DNA of 60,823 nt from Sphingomonas sp. (GCA_019508115.1 JAEKMC010000069.1:1-60823), one strand, 5' to 3'. Positions 10,025-21,119 are shown, numbered from the stretch's first letter. Translations and numbers: made by a program. Notes: generated by a model from the letters alone, not told the origin.

Positions 10025-10207
10025 ATATCCTCCAATCTTGTCGGCGGACCCGGACATCCACCTCGCTCGCCGGCATACGCCGAGTCGCCTGAACCGACGG
10101 GGAATCAGACGTTTATCAAACGTTCACCGTAACGAAGGGCTGCTCGGTTCGTCGCGTCTTGCTCCGCGGTTGGCAGGCGCGGCCTCTATCCTGTAGAGCT
10201 GAGCCCG

Positions 10208-11308
10208 ATGGCGCGTACGCTGCTTAAAGAAGCCCCGTTCTTCGAGGACAAGAACCGCGCCTTCTGGACACTCCAGTCGGCGGGGTGGGCCGGCTATTTC
10301 CTGCTGCGCGCGTTGACCGGCCTCGCCAACGGCGCGAGCTGGCTGTTCGTGGTCCCGACCGCGCTCGCGACGGCGACCGGCTATTCGCTGACTTTGCTCA
10401 TGTCGGCGGCCTATCGGCGGCTGTTCAATATGCGCCCGCTCGCCACATGGGGCGGATCGATCACGATCCTGATCATCGCCTCGATGGTCTTTTCCTCAAT
10501 CGAGACCTGGGCGCACGCGACCACCTATCGCGTTGTCGGGCCGATGCCCGAAGGCATCCAGCTGCTGTCGGCCATCCTGCTCGACTTCGCTTTGCTCGCA
10601 GCCTGGTCGGCGCTCTATTACGGCATCAATTTCTACATATTGGTCGAGGAGCAGCGCGATCAGCTGTTGCGACTGGAAAGCCAGGCCTCGTCGGCGCAGC
10701 TGGCGATGCTGCGCTATCAGCTCAACCCGCATTTCCTGTTCAACACGCTGAATTCGATCTCGACACTCGTCTTGCTCAAACATACCGAGCGCGCCAATGC
10801 GATGCTGTCGCGGCTGTCCTCCTTCCTGCGCTATACGCTGGTGAGCGAGCCCGAAGGCGAGGTGACGATCGCGCAGGAGGTGGAGACGCTCAAACTCTAT
10901 CTCGATATCGAGAAGATGCGGTTCGAGGAAAGGTTGCGCACCAGCTTCGATATCGATCCGGCGGCGGCGCATGCCTGCATCCCGTCTTTGCTGTTGCAGC
11001 CCCTCGTCGAAAATTCGATCAAATATGCGGTCACGCCCAAGGAAGAAGGGGCGGATATCGCGGTTGCGGTCCGCCGTTTGGGCAATCGCGTTCATATCAC
11101 GGTCAGCGACAGCGGCCCAGGAACGCAAGCAGGCTATAGCGACGGCGGGGGCTCAACCACATCCTCCACCGGCGTTGGCCTGGCGAATACGCGGGATCGG
11201 TTGGCACAGGCCTATGGCTCCGACCATCGCTTCGAAACCGAAGCTGGTCCCAGTGGGTTCACTGTGACGATCGAGATACCATATCAGTCGAACACGACGA
11301 GGGCATGA
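10208..11308 (+). CDS. LytS/YehU-type sensor histidine kinase
   Basis: N-terminal TM helices, QLNPHFLFNTLNSI, LQPLVENSIKY and GVGLAN. Confidence 0.92.
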   Translation: MARTLLKEAPFFEDKNRAFWTLQSAGWAGYFLLRALTGLANGASWLFVVPTALATATGYSLTLLMSAAYRRLFNMRPLATWGGSITILIIASMVFSSIETWAHATTYRVVGPMPEGIQLLSAILLDFALLAAWSALYYGINFYILVEEQRDQLLRLESQASSAQLAMLRYQLNPHFLFNTLNSISTLVLLKHTERANAMLSRLSSFLRYTLVSEPEGEVTIAQEVETLKLYLDIEKMRFEERLRTSFDIDPAAAHACIPSLLLQPLVENSIKYAVTPKEEGADIAVAVRRLGNRVHITVSDSGPGTQAGYSDGGGSTTSSTGVGLANTRDRLAQAYGSDHRFETEAGPSGFTVTIEIPYQSNTTRA

Positions 11309-11312
11309 TTAG

Positions 11313-12113
11313 ATGACCATCCGTACCATCCTGGTCGACGACGAACCTTTGGCGATCCAGGGCCTTCAGCTTCGGCTGCAAACGCACGAGGATGTCGAGA
11401 TCGTCGACACCTGCACCAACGGCCGCGAGGCGATCCGCTCGATCAAGACGCACAAGCCCGACCTGGTGTTCCTCGACATTCAGATGCCGGGCTTCGACGG
11501 CTTTTCGGTCGTGCAGGGGCTGATGGAGGTCGAGCCGCCGCTGTTCGTCTTCGTGACCGCGTATGGCGACCATGCGCTGCGCGGGTTCGAGGCGGGCGCG
11601 ATCGACTATCTGATGAAGCCGGTCGAGACCGAGCGCCTGGCCGACACACTGGAACGCGTGCGCCAGCGCCTGTCCGAAAAGCGCGCCGCCGAAGAGGTGG
11701 TCCAGCTCAAGGAAGTGATCGCCGAGCATGCGCCCGACGCGGCGGAATCGATGCCGGAGAGCGCCGATGCGCATGCGTCGAACCGCTATGAGAAACTGAT
11801 CAACATCAAGGATCGCGGGCAGATATTCCGCGTCGACGTGGATTCGATCGAACGGATCGACGCCGCGGGCGACTATATGTGCATCTATACCGGCGACAAC
11901 ACCTTGATCCTGCGCGAGACGATGAAGGATCTGGAGAAACGCCTCGATCCACGGCGTTTCCAGCGCATCCACCGCTCGACGATCGTCAATCTCGACCTGG
12001 TCAAGCAGGTCAAGCCGCACACCAACGGCGAATGTTTCCTGGTGCTGGGCTCAGGCGCGCAGGTGAAGGTCAGCCGTAGCTACCGCGACGTCGTGGCAAG
12101 GTTCGTCCACTAA
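11313..12113 (+). CDS. LytTR family response regulator
   Basis: Receiver domain plus LytTR domain (FQRIHRSTIVN, VSRSY). Confidence 0.93.
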   Translation: MTIRTILVDDEPLAIQGLQLRLQTHEDVEIVDTCTNGREAIRSIKTHKPDLVFLDIQMPGFDGFSVVQGLMEVEPPLFVFVTAYGDHALRGFEAGAIDYLMKPVETERLADTLERVRQRLSEKRAAEEVVQLKEVIAEHAPDAAESMPESADAHASNRYEKLINIKDRGQIFRVDVDSIERIDAAGDYMCIYTGDNTLILRETMKDLEKRLDPRRFQRIHRSTIVNLDLVKQVKPHTNGECFLVLGSGAQVKVSRSYRDVVARFVH

Positions 12114-12115
12114 AG

Positions 12116-12258
12116 AAATCCTCCCCACGCTTGCGTGGGGAGGGGGACCGCCGCCGAAGGCGGTGGTGGAGGGGGGCATGACACGGGCATTCGCCTAATC
12201 GCAATGCCCCTCCACCATTCTGCGGATGGTCCCCCTCCCCGCGAGCGGGAAGGATTTT
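12116..12258. repeat. REP/REPIN-like inverted-repeat element
   Basis: Arms aaatcctcccc...ggggagggggacc...ggtggagggg and cccctccacc...ggtccccctcccc...aggattt lie between convergent genes. Confidence 0.8.
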
Positions 12259-12262
12259 TGGG

Positions 12263-13183
12263 TTACCCCTTCTCGATACCGGGAACATCCTCAATCCGCT
12301 CGGCGAGGAAGTCGACCAGCAGTCGCACGCGCGCGATTCCGGACCGTTCCGGCACGATCAACAGGTTGAGCGGGACGGACGGCAGCGAAAAATCCGGCAG
12401 GACCGGCTCCAGCCTGCCCGCGGCGAGAAGATCGTGGACGATCCACAAATGCGCCGGCACGATTCCCCGCCCGGCGGCGACCGCCTCTCTGGCGGCAAGC
12501 CCATGATCCACCAACAGCCGCCCGCCGAACGGGATTTCGTGGCGTTTGCCGTTCCGAGCCTGCAACACGAGCATGTCGCTGCCGGCGATATTCGACATCC
12601 TGATGCCCTGATGGCTTGCCAAATCGCCTGGATCGGTGGGCCTGCCATGCGCCGCGAGATAGTCAGGCGCGGCGACGAGCATGCGCCGTGATTGGCCAAG
12701 CGCCCTGAGCTTCATCGAACTGTCGGTCAGAGGACCCAGGCGTACGGCGACATCCACGCCTTCGCGAACGAGGTCGATCCGTTCGTCGGTAAGGTTCAGG
12801 TCGACCGCGATATCCGGATAGCGGTCCTGGAAAGCAAAGAGGATGCGGCTGACATGCAAGATGCCGAAAGCGGCGGTGCACGAGATCCGCACCGTTCCCG
12901 CGGGCGCTCCGCGCGTGCTGCGCGCCTCCTCGGCGGCCTGCTCGACCAAGCGGAGGATCTGAACGCAATGGGTGTAATAGCGGCTACCCTCCTCGGTCAC
13001 CGTGACCCGCCGCGTGGTCCTGCTGAGCAGGGGGACGCCGATACTTTCCTCGAGTTCGCGCAATTGCCGCGTGACCGTCGACTGCCCGACGCCGAGTTCG
13101 CGCGCGACCGCGGTGAGGCTTCCGCGCTCGGCGACGCGCACGAAGACGCGCATGCGCTCCAAGGTGATGGCCGATCTATCCAT
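12263..13183 (-). CDS. LysR family transcriptional regulator
   Basis: FVRVAERGSLTAVARELG HTH, LLSRTTRRV and DLVREGVDVAVR. Confidence 0.94.
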   Translation of the reverse strand: MDRSAITLERMRVFVRVAERGSLTAVARELGVGQSTVTRQLRELEESIGVPLLSRTTRRVTVTEEGSRYYTHCVQILRLVEQAAEEARSTRGAPAGTVRISCTAAFGILHVSRILFAFQDRYPDIAVDLNLTDERIDLVREGVDVAVRLGPLTDSSMKLRALGQSRRMLVAAPDYLAAHGRPTDPGDLASHQGIRMSNIAGSDMLVLQARNGKRHEIPFGGRLLVDHGLAAREAVAAGRGIVPAHLWIVHDLLAAGRLEPVLPDFSLPSVPLNLLIVPERSGIARVRLLVDFLAERIEDVPGIEKG

Positions 13184-13276
13184 ATTTCGGCATAATCTTA
13201 TCCATTATCCCTATCTACTGGAACGTGATCCGGGCCGCTACCTACAGGAGCGAACCAACAACCAGTGGGTATGATC

Positions 13277-14128
13277 ATGAAAATCCTACATGTCTTCGCC
13301 CATCCCGAACCGCGCTCGCTCAACGGTTCGCTTCGCGATGTCGCAATCGGGGAATTGAAGACCCAGGGCCATGAGGTCAGGGTGTCGGACCTTTATGCCA
13401 TGGGCTGGAAATCCGATGTCGATCGTGCGGACTTTCCCGCGCTGAAGCCTGATGCTCGGTTCAAACCCGTGGCAGCCTCGAAAGAAGCGTTCGAGACCGG
13501 CACGCTCACCGCCGATGTCAAAGCCGAGATCGAAAAGCTTCTATGGGCGGATATGCTGATCCTGCAATTTCCTTTGTGGTGGTTCAGCATGCCCGCCATT
13601 CTCAAGGGCTGGGTCGATCGGGTGTTCGCCTACGGCTTCGCCTATGGCGTGGGCGAGCACAGCGATCGACGCTGGGGCGATCGCTATGGCGAGGGCACGC
13701 TCGCGGGCAAGCGCGCGATGCTGATCGTGACCGCCGGGGGCTGGGAGGACCATTATTCCCCGCGTGGAATCAATGGACCGATCGACGATCTCCTGTTCCC
13801 GATCAATCATGGCATTCTCTATTATCCGGGCTACGATGTGCTTCCGCCGTTCGTGGCCTATCAGGTCGACAAGCTGGACGAGGCGGGTTTCGAGCGCGTC
13901 GCCGAGCATTTGCGTGAAAGAATGCGGACGCTCGCGACCGCACAGCCGATACCTTTCCGGCGGCAGAATGGCGGCGACTATCTCATCCCTAGCATGACGC
14001 TTCGCCCGGAGCTGGAGCGGCCCGGCGCAACCGGGTTCGCGCTTCACGTTGGCGATGGCGGAACGGAGTTGGTTCCTGCAGGCGATCTCATTGCGGAGAG
14101 ATCAGAGGCTGCGGCCCTGCAGCTTTGA
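13277..14128 (+). CDS. NAD(P)H:quinone oxidoreductase (flavodoxin-2 family)
   Basis: AHPEPRSLN, SDLY and QFPLWWFSMPAILKGWVDRV. The start may be 13271. Confidence 0.9.
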   Translation: MKILHVFAHPEPRSLNGSLRDVAIGELKTQGHEVRVSDLYAMGWKSDVDRADFPALKPDARFKPVAASKEAFETGTLTADVKAEIEKLLWADMLILQFPLWWFSMPAILKGWVDRVFAYGFAYGVGEHSDRRWGDRYGEGTLAGKRAMLIVTAGGWEDHYSPRGINGPIDDLLFPINHGILYYPGYDVLPPFVAYQVDKLDEAGFERVAEHLRERMRTLATAQPIPFRRQNGGDYLIPSMTLRPELERPGATGFALHVGDGGTELVPAGDLIAERSEAAALQL

Positions 14129-14133
14129 TAAAG

Positions 14134-14165
14134 AAATCCTCCCCACGCTTGCGTGGGGAGGATTT
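14134..14165. terminator. Perfect hairpin (REP-derived, probable bidirectional terminator)
   Basis: aaatcctccccacgc-tt-gcgtggggaggattt between convergent stop codons. Confidence 0.75.
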
Positions 14166-14168
14166 TCG

Positions 14169-14993
14169 TTACCCAAACCGTCCCGTCACGTAATCGCGCG
14201 TGCGGCGCGAGCGGGGGTTGGAGAAGATGTCCGCGGTCGGGCCGAATTCGATCATCCGCCCGAGGAACATGAAGCCGGTATAATCCGAGATACGGCTCGC
14301 CTGCTGGAGATTGTGCGTAACGATCACGATCGTCACGTCCTTCTTGAGCTCGACCAAGGTCTGCTCGAGCTTGGCGGTCGAAACCGGATCGAGCGCGGAG
14401 GCGGGCTCGTCGAGCAGCAGGATTTCGGGTTGGACCGCGATGCCGCGCGCGACGCACAGGCGCTGCTGCTGGCCGCCCGACAGGCCAAGGCCCGACGTGT
14501 GAAGCTTGTTCTTGACCTCGTCCCACAGAGCCGCGCGCGTGAGCGAGCGCTCGACGATCTCGTCCATCTCCGCCTTGTTCTTCTTATGGTAGAGGCGGAC
14601 GCCGAACGCGACATTGTCGTAGATCGACATGGGAAAGGGGGTCGGCTTCTGGAACACCATGCCGACGCGCGCGCGCAGCGCGGCTGGATCGCCGCCCTTG
14701 AGCACATCCTCGCCATCGAGCATGATCTCACCCTCGGCGCGCTGGCCGGGATAGAGCGCATAAATGCGGTTGAGCGCGCGCAGCAGGGTCGATTTGCCGC
14801 AGCCTGACGGGCCGATCAAAGCCGTGATCTTGTTCTTCTCGATCGGCAGATCGACGCCGTGGAGCGATTCATTCGCGCCATAGAAGAATTTGAGATCGCG
14901 CGATTCGAGCAGCAGCTCGCCCTCGGGCCGGGTCATGAACTGCTCTTCGCCGGCCGAAGTGGAAGGCGGGTTCATCACGGCGGTATCGGTCAT
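14169..14993 (-). CDS. pstB: Phosphate ABC transporter ATPase
   Basis: [36 protein letters not shown] and DYVTGRFG. Confidence 0.96.
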   Translation of the reverse strand: MTDTAVMNPPSTSAGEEQFMTRPEGELLLESRDLKFFYGANESLHGVDLPIEKNKITALIGPSGCGKSTLLRALNRIYALYPGQRAEGEIMLDGEDVLKGGDPAALRARVGMVFQKPTPFPMSIYDNVAFGVRLYHKKNKAEMDEIVERSLTRAALWDEVKNKLHTSGLGLSGGQQQRLCVARGIAVQPEILLLDEPASALDPVSTAKLEQTLVELKKDVTIVIVTHNLQQASRISDYTGFMFLGRMIEFGPTADIFSNPRSRRTRDYVTGRFG

Positions 14994-15829
14994 GACTTAT
15001 GCGTCTCCCGGGCGAGAACGCGCCCGACGATGTTGATGAAGAGAACGGCGACCGCGATCAGCAATGCGCCGACCCAGGCCAGGCGCTGCCAATCGTCATA
15101 AGCCGAGAGCGCGAACTGGAAGATCGTCGTCGGCAGGCTCGCCATCGGCTGGCTGAGCTTGGCATTGTAGAATTGGTTGCCCAGGCTGGTGAACAGCAAG
15201 GGCGCGGTCTCGCCCGAGATGCGCGCGAAGCCGAGCAGGCCGGCGGTCAAGAGACCCGTGCGCGCCGACTTCCAGATGATCTTGCGGATCACGAAGGCGC
15301 GGCTCGCGCCCAGGGCCATGCCCGCCTCGCGCAATGCGCCAGGCTGGAGCGTCAAGATGTCCTCGGTCGTGCGCACGACGATCGGCGTGGCGAGAAAGGC
15401 CAAAGCGACGCCGCCGGCATAGCCGGAGAAGCCGTGGAAGGGTGCCACCAGCAATTCGTAGACGAACAGGCCGATCAGGATCGACGGCGCCGAAATCAGC
15501 ACGTCGTTGAAGAAGCGCACGACATGGCCGTATTTCGTGCCCGCGCCATATTCGGCGAGCCAGGTGCCCGCGAGGATGCCGATCACGAGTGCGATCGCCA
15601 TGCCGAGCGCGCACATGATGAGCGAACCGACGATCGCGTTGCGCAGGCCGCCGGGCGAGCCGGGGGCGGGCTGGTCATGCGTGAAGATCATCCCGTCGAT
15701 CCCGCCCAGGCCTTTGCTGAGCAGGGTCCACAGGATCATCACCAGCGCGCTGAGCGCGATCAGGGTGGCGATGCTGCACAGGACGACGAAGACGCCGTTG
15801 AAGACGCGGCGATAGGCGGCGCGGGTCAT
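14990..15829 (-). CDS. pstA: Phosphate ABC transporter permease
   Basis: [19 protein letters not shown] and [13 protein letters not shown]. Confidence 0.95.
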   Translation of the reverse strand: MTRAAYRRVFNGVFVVLCSIATLIALSALVMILWTLLSKGLGGIDGMIFTHDQPAPGSPGGLRNAIVGSLIMCALGMAIALVIGILAGTWLAEYGAGTKYGHVVRFFNDVLISAPSILIGLFVYELLVAPFHGFSGYAGGVALAFLATPIVVRTTEDILTLQPGALREAGMALGASRAFVIRKIIWKSARTGLLTAGLLGFARISGETAPLLFTSLGNQFYNAKLSQPMASLPTTIFQFALSAYDDWQRLAWVGALLIAVAVLFINIVGRVLARETHKS

Positions 15830-16782
15830 CAGATCTTCGCCTCACGGAGCAGCAAGCGGGCGAGCGCGAGCACGATGAAGGTGATCACGAACAGCAGGAA
15901 GCCGAGCGCGATCAAGGCAGAGGTGTGCAAATCGCTGGTGGCTTCGGCGAATTCGTTGGCGACGGTCGACGCGATCGTCGAGCCGCTGTCGAACAGCGAA
16001 TGCGGGAAGCTGTGCGAATTGCCGATGATGAAGGTCACCGCCATCGTCTCGCCGAGCGCGCGGCCGAGGCCGAGCATGATCACGCCGATCATGCCGCGGC
16101 GGACATAAGGGATCACGACCGCCTTGATCACCTCGAACGGCGTGCAGCCGAGGCCGTAGGCGGCTTCGCGCACCTGCGGCGGCACGGTTAGGAACAATTC
16201 GCGGAACACCGCCGCCATATAAGGCAGGATCATGATCGCGAGGATCAGCGAGGCGGTGAAGATATCGGCGCCGTTGGGCGTGCCGGAGAAGATCTTGCCG
16301 ACGAACGTATCCGGCGCGAAATGCAGCGCGATCGGCAATTGGACATGCGCGGCGAACCACGGCGCGAGCACGAACAGGCCCCACATGCCGTAGACGATCG
16401 ACGGAATGCCCGCGAGCAGCTCGACCGCGATCGCGATCGGACGCGAAAGCCGGGGTGGGCAGAATTCGACCAGGAAGACCGAAACGCCCAGCGCGAGCGG
16501 CAGCGCCACCAGCAGCGACAAGAAAGAGGTGATCAGCGTGCCCGCGATCGGGCCGGCGGCGCCATAGACTTCGCTCACCGGGTTCCAGGTGGTCGAGGTC
16601 AGGAAGCCGAAGCCGAAGGCGCGGAAGGCCGGCAGGCCGCCGATGAACAGGCTGACGACCACGCCGGCGAGCGCCGCCAGCAGGAAGGTCGCCGCGCCCA
16701 GACAGGCATAACGGAAGAGGATTTCGCCGAGGGCATGACCCGGAGGCGCGCCCTTCGGGCTAGCGAGTTCGGTGGTGGCCAT
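15829..16782 (-). CDS. pstC: Phosphate ABC transporter permease
   Basis: ELLAGIPSIVYGMWG and LGLGRALGETMAV. ATG at 16782 chosen as start. Confidence 0.95.
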   Translation of the reverse strand: MATTELASPKGAPPGHALGEILFRYACLGAATFLLAALAGVVVSLFIGGLPAFRAFGFGFLTSTTWNPVSEVYGAAGPIAGTLITSFLSLLVALPLALGVSVFLVEFCPPRLSRPIAIAVELLAGIPSIVYGMWGLFVLAPWFAAHVQLPIALHFAPDTFVGKIFSGTPNGADIFTASLILAIMILPYMAAVFRELFLTVPPQVREAAYGLGCTPFEVIKAVVIPYVRRGMIGVIMLGLGRALGETMAVTFIIGNSHSFPHSLFDSGSTIASTVANEFAEATSDLHTSALIALGFLLFVITFIVLALARLLLREAKI

Positions 16783-16839
16783 GTTCGACTCGTAAAGCGG
16801 GCGCCGAGGCAGGGAAAGTGTCTCGGCGCCCATGGTCAC

Positions 16840-17874
16840 TTACTTCGCGACGTAGACGGGCTTGCCGCCTGCGGTGATCGACTTGGCCCACTGCTTCTTG
16901 AGCAGGCCCTTCACATTCGCGGGCAGCGGAACATAATCGAGGCTGGCGGCGAGCCCGTCACCCTTGTTGTAGCCCCACTCGAAGAACTTCAGCACCTGGG
17001 CACCGTTCTCAGGATTCTCCTGGTTGCGATACATCAGGATGAAGGTCGCGCCCGTGATCGGCCAGGCGGAGGCGCTCGGCTGGTCGAGCAGCAGGATGTA
17101 ATTGCCCGGCGACTTTAGCCAGGGTGCGCTGGCCGCGGCGGCGCCGAAAGCGGCAGCGGTCGGCTGAACGAACTTGCCGGCCTTGTTCTGCATCGAGGCG
17201 AAGGTCGAATGGTTCTGCTTGGCATAGGCATATTCGACATAGCCGATCGCGCCGGCGGTCTGCTTCACGAAGGCCGAAACGCCGTCATTGCCTTTGCCGC
17301 CGAGCCCGGTCGGCCACTGGACCGAGTCGCTCGCGCCGACCTTCGAAGCCCATTCGGAATTCTTCATCGCCAGATAGGAGGTGAAGAGGAAGCTGGTGCC
17401 CGAGCCGTCCGAACGGTGCACGACCGTGATCGGCAGGTTCGGCAGCGGCACGCCCTTGTTGAGCGCTGCGATTTCCGGCGCGTTCCACTTGGTGACCTTG
17501 CCGAGGAAGATGTCGCCCAGCAGCGCGCCGCTCAGTTTGATCTGGCCGGGTGCGATCCCGGGGAGGTTCATCACCGGAACCACGCCGCCGACGACGGTCG
17601 GGAACTGATACAGGCCGGCAGCGGCCAGTTCATCGGGCTTCAAGGGCTTGTCCGACGCGCCGAAATCGACCGTCTTCGCCTTGATCTGCTTGATGCCGCC
17701 GCCCGAACCGATCGCCTGATAGTTCAGGCCGACGCCGGTCTGCGCCTTATAAGCCTCCGCCCATTTCGCGTAGACGGGAGCCGGAAAGGTCGCGCCCGCG
17801 CCCGAAATGTCGGCGGCAGCCGCGGTGGAAGCGATGGCGAATGCGCCAACGCCCGCGACGAACATCTTCAGCAT
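16840..17874 (-). CDS. pstS: Phosphate-binding protein
   Basis: Signal peptide, GAGATFPAP, GSGGG, DFGASD and HRSDGSGTS. Confidence 0.96.
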   Translation of the reverse strand: MLKMFVAGVGAFAIASTAAAADISGAGATFPAPVYAKWAEAYKAQTGVGLNYQAIGSGGGIKQIKAKTVDFGASDKPLKPDELAAAGLYQFPTVVGGVVPVMNLPGIAPGQIKLSGALLGDIFLGKVTKWNAPEIAALNKGVPLPNLPITVVHRSDGSGTSFLFTSYLAMKNSEWASKVGASDSVQWPTGLGGKGNDGVSAFVKQTAGAIGYVEYAYAKQNHSTFASMQNKAGKFVQPTAAAFGAAAASAPWLKSPGNYILLLDQPSASAWPITGATFILMYRNQENPENGAQVLKFFEWGYNKGDGLAASLDYVPLPANVKGLLKKQWAKSITAGGKPVYVAK

Positions 17875-17933
17875 GTGAATCCCCTGGAAATGAAGTGCGG
17901 CTGCTCAGCCGCTGTCCAAGGGCTCTATGGGGG

Positions 17934-17956
17934 TTCCGTGACTCTTGTGTGACAAT
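17934..17956 (-). promoter_or_regulatory. Pho box upstream of pstS
   Basis: Minus strand reads ttGTCACacaa-gaGTCACggaa, two GTCAY half-sites 11 bp apart as in PhoB boxes. Confidence 0.75.
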
Positions 17957-18011
17957 GGGGGACGGGTCCGCAACGAATCGGCGGGGCGGACCGGCACCCA
18001 TTTTATGCTGA

Positions 18012-19856
18012 TTATTCGCCCGGCAGAACCCGCACCGCACCGCGCGAAGCATTACCCGCGAAAAGAGCATAAGCCTGCAACGCCTTGGAAACAGTGCGTT
18101 TCCGCCCGAACGGCTTCCACGCCTTGGGCCCGCGATCCTCCATTGCCGCATGGCGTGCCGCCAGCGTGGCGTCGTCGACCAGCAGGTTGATCGAACGGTT
18201 GGGAATGTCGATCTCGATCAGGTCGCCATGCTCGACCAAAGCGATCAGGCCCCCCTCGGCCGCCTCGGGCGAGACGTGGCCGATCGAAAGGCCTGATGAG
18301 CCGCCCGAGAAACGGCCGTCGGTCAGCAGCGCACAGGCTTTGCCGAGCCCCTTCGACTTCAGGTAGGAGGTCGGATACAGCATCTCCTGCATGCCGGGGC
18401 CGCCCTTGGGGCCTTCGTAGCGGATGACGACGACGTCGCCTTCCTTGACCTGATTGCCCAGGATTCCGACCACGGCCGCGTCCTGGCTCTCGAACACGAT
18501 CGCGCGACCGGTGAAGGTCAGGATGCTCTCGTCCACACCCGCGGTTTTCACGATGCAGCCTTCAGGCGCGAGATTGCCGAACAATACGGCGAGGCCGCCA
18601 TCCTGGCTGAAGGCATTGGGCTGCGAGCGGATCACGCCCTTGGCCCGGTCCAGATCCAGTTCGTCCCAGCGGCGCGACTGGCTGAACGCGGTCTGGGTCG
18701 GCACGCCGCCCGGTGCCGCGCGATAGAAGGTGCGTACGGATTCGCTGTTGGTGCGCGCGACGTCCCAGCGGCCGAGCCCTTCGCCCAGCGTCGAGGAATG
18801 GACGGTCGGCTGTTCGACATCGAGCAGGCCGGCGCGGTCGAGCTCGCCCAGGATTGCCATGATCCCGCCGGCGCGATGCACGTCCTCCATGTGAACGTCG
18901 GACGTAGCGGGCGCCACCTTACACAGCACCGGTACGCGCCGCGACAGCCGGTCGATATCGGCCATCGTGAAATCGACCCCAGCCTCATGCGCGGCGGCGA
19001 GCAGATGGAGAACGGTGTTGGTCGACCCGCCCATCGCGATATCGAGGCTCATCGCATTCTCGAACGCCGCGAACGTTGCGATATTGCGGGGGAGGGCGCT
19101 CGCGTCGTCCTGCTCGTACCAGCGCTTGGCGAGATCGACGATCGTATGACCCGCCTCGCGGAACAGCCGTTCGCGATCGGCATGCGTCGCCAGCACCGAA
19201 CCATTGCCGGGGAGCGACAACCCAAGCGCCTCGGTCAGGCAGTTCATCGAATTGGCGGTGAACATGCCCGAGCAGCTGCCGCAGGTCGGGCAGGCCGCTT
19301 TCTCGATCGCGCTCACTTCCTCTTCGGTATAATGGTCGTCGGCGGCGGCGACCATCGCATCGACCAGGTCGAGCGCGACCTCCTTGCCCTTGAGCACGAC
19401 CTTGCCCGCTTCCATCGGTCCGCCCGAAACGAATACGGCCGGGACATTGAGCCGCAGCGCCGCCATCAGCATGCCGGGCGTGATCTTGTCGCAATTGGAG
19501 ATGCACACCATCGCGTCGGCGCAATGCGCGTTGACCATATATTCGACGCTGTCGGCGATCAGTTCACGGCTCGGCAGCGAATAGAGCATGCCGTCATGGC
19601 CCATCGCGATGCCGTCATCGACCGCGATCGTGTTGAATTCCTTGGCGACGCCGCCCGCGGCCTCGATCTCGCGCGCGACCAGCTGGCCGAGATCCTTGAG
19701 GTGGACGTGGCCCGGCACGAACTGCGTGAAGCTGTTGACCACCGCGATGATCGGCTTGCCGAAATCCGAATCCTTCATGCCCGTCGCGCGCCACAAGCCG
19801 CGCGCGCCGGCCATATTGCGGCCGTGGGTGGTGGTGCGGGAACGATAAGCGGGCAT
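18012..19856 (-). CDS. ilvD: Dihydroxy-acid dehydratase
   Basis: [46 protein letters not shown] and TDGRFSG. Confidence 0.97.
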   Translation of the reverse strand: MPAYRSRTTTHGRNMAGARGLWRATGMKDSDFGKPIIAVVNSFTQFVPGHVHLKDLGQLVAREIEAAGGVAKEFNTIAVDDGIAMGHDGMLYSLPSRELIADSVEYMVNAHCADAMVCISNCDKITPGMLMAALRLNVPAVFVSGGPMEAGKVVLKGKEVALDLVDAMVAAADDHYTEEEVSAIEKAACPTCGSCSGMFTANSMNCLTEALGLSLPGNGSVLATHADRERLFREAGHTIVDLAKRWYEQDDASALPRNIATFAAFENAMSLDIAMGGSTNTVLHLLAAAHEAGVDFTMADIDRLSRRVPVLCKVAPATSDVHMEDVHRAGGIMAILGELDRAGLLDVEQPTVHSSTLGEGLGRWDVARTNSESVRTFYRAAPGGVPTQTAFSQSRRWDELDLDRAKGVIRSQPNAFSQDGGLAVLFGNLAPEGCIVKTAGVDESILTFTGRAIVFESQDAAVVGILGNQVKEGDVVVIRYEGPKGGPGMQEMLYPTSYLKSKGLGKACALLTDGRFSGGSSGLSIGHVSPEAAEGGLIALVEHGDLIEIDIPNRSINLLVDDATLAARHAAMEDRGPKAWKPFGRKRTVSKALQAYALFAGNASRGAVRVLPGE

Positions 19857-19966
19857 GACGAAGGGCCTACAGGATTCGGGGTTTAAGGAACAGCTTGCCC
19901 TTGCCCCCATCCGGCAGCTTGCGCAAGTTTATGTTTCTTATAACCCCTAACGTGAAATTTTGTTCG

Positions 19967-20965
19967 TCAGAGGCGCGCAACGTCGATCACCGCCTGCGCG
20001 AAGGCGTCGGGCGCCTCCTGCGGCAGATTATGCCCGATGCCGCCCGTGATCAGGCGGTGCGCGTACTTGCCCTTGAACTTGGCGGCATAAGCGGCAGGCT
20101 CGGGATGCGGCGCGCCATTGGCATCCCCCTCCATCGTGATGGTCGGCACGGTGATGATTGGCGCCCCGGCGAGCCTCTCTTCAGCGGCGGCGTAGCGCGC
20201 TTCACCGTCCGCAAGCCCGAGCCGCCAGCGGTAATTGTGGACTACGATCTCGACATGGTCGGGATTGTTGAACGCGGCGGCGGACCGCTCGTAAGTCGCA
20301 TCGTCGAACGCCCATTTGGGCGAGGCGAGGTGCCAGATCAGCCGGTTGAAATCATGGCGATTCTTCTCGTATCCGGCGCGACCGCGCTCGGCCGCGAAGT
20401 AGAATTGATACCACCATTGCAATTCCGCCGCAGGCGGCAAGGGCTGGCGTCCCGCCGCCTGACTGCCGATCAGATAGCCGCTGACCGAGACCAGCCCGCG
20501 CACGCGCTCCGGCCAAAGCGCGGCGATGATATCGGCGGTGCGTGCTCCCCAGTCGAACCCCGCGAGGATCGCGCTGTGTATGCCGAGCGCATCCATCATC
20601 ACCACCGTGTCGAGCGCCAGCGCGGCAGGCTCGCCGTTGCGCTTCGTGTCCGCCGACAGGAAGCGCGTCGCGCCATAACCGCGCAAATAAGGAACGATCA
20701 CCCGATGGCCCTGCGCCGCCAGCCGCGGCGCGACCTCCTCGAACGCGTGGATGTCATAGGGCCAGCCGTGGAGCAGGATGACGGGCAGGCCGGTCGGAGG
20801 ACCATATTCGGCGTAGGAAATGTCGAGCAGATCGGTTCTGATCGATCGCAGGGCAGGCATCGCCGATGCGGTCGCGGCGCGGGCTTGCGAGGGTAGGGAT
20901 GCCGTGGCGACGGCGGCGACAGCCGTAGCAAGCAGGCGGCGGCGGATCGGATCGACGGGCTGCAT
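19967..20965 (-). CDS. Alpha/beta hydrolase (epoxide-hydrolase-like) with Tat signal
   Basis: RRRLL signal, LLHGWP, RGYG, GFDWG and GHNLPQE. Confidence 0.88.
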   Translation of the reverse strand: MQPVDPIRRRLLATAVAAVATASLPSQARAATASAMPALRSIRTDLLDISYAEYGPPTGLPVILLHGWPYDIHAFEEVAPRLAAQGHRVIVPYLRGYGATRFLSADTKRNGEPAALALDTVVMMDALGIHSAILAGFDWGARTADIIAALWPERVRGLVSVSGYLIGSQAAGRQPLPPAAELQWWYQFYFAAERGRAGYEKNRHDFNRLIWHLASPKWAFDDATYERSAAAFNNPDHVEIVVHNYRWRLGLADGEARYAAAEERLAGAPIITVPTITMEGDANGAPHPEPAAYAAKFKGKYAHRLITGGIGHNLPQEAPDAFAQAVIDVARL

Positions 20966-21045
20966 GCCCGCCTCCTGCCCCTGCGGCACGGCTGAAGCAA
21001 GCATGTCCGCAGCCGGGTGCGGCTAAAGGATTGATTTTCGAAGAG

Positions 21046-21119
21046 TGGAGGCCCGAGCCGGAATCGAACCGGCGTGCAAGGATTTGCAGTCCTCTGCGTA
21101 ACCACTCCGCCATCGGGCC
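21046..21119 (-). tRNA. tRNA-Cys(GCA)
   Basis: Reverse complement GGCCCGATGGCGGAGTGGTTACGCAGAGGACTGCAAATCCTT...GGTTCGATTCCGGCTCGGGCCTCCA. Confidence 0.96.
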
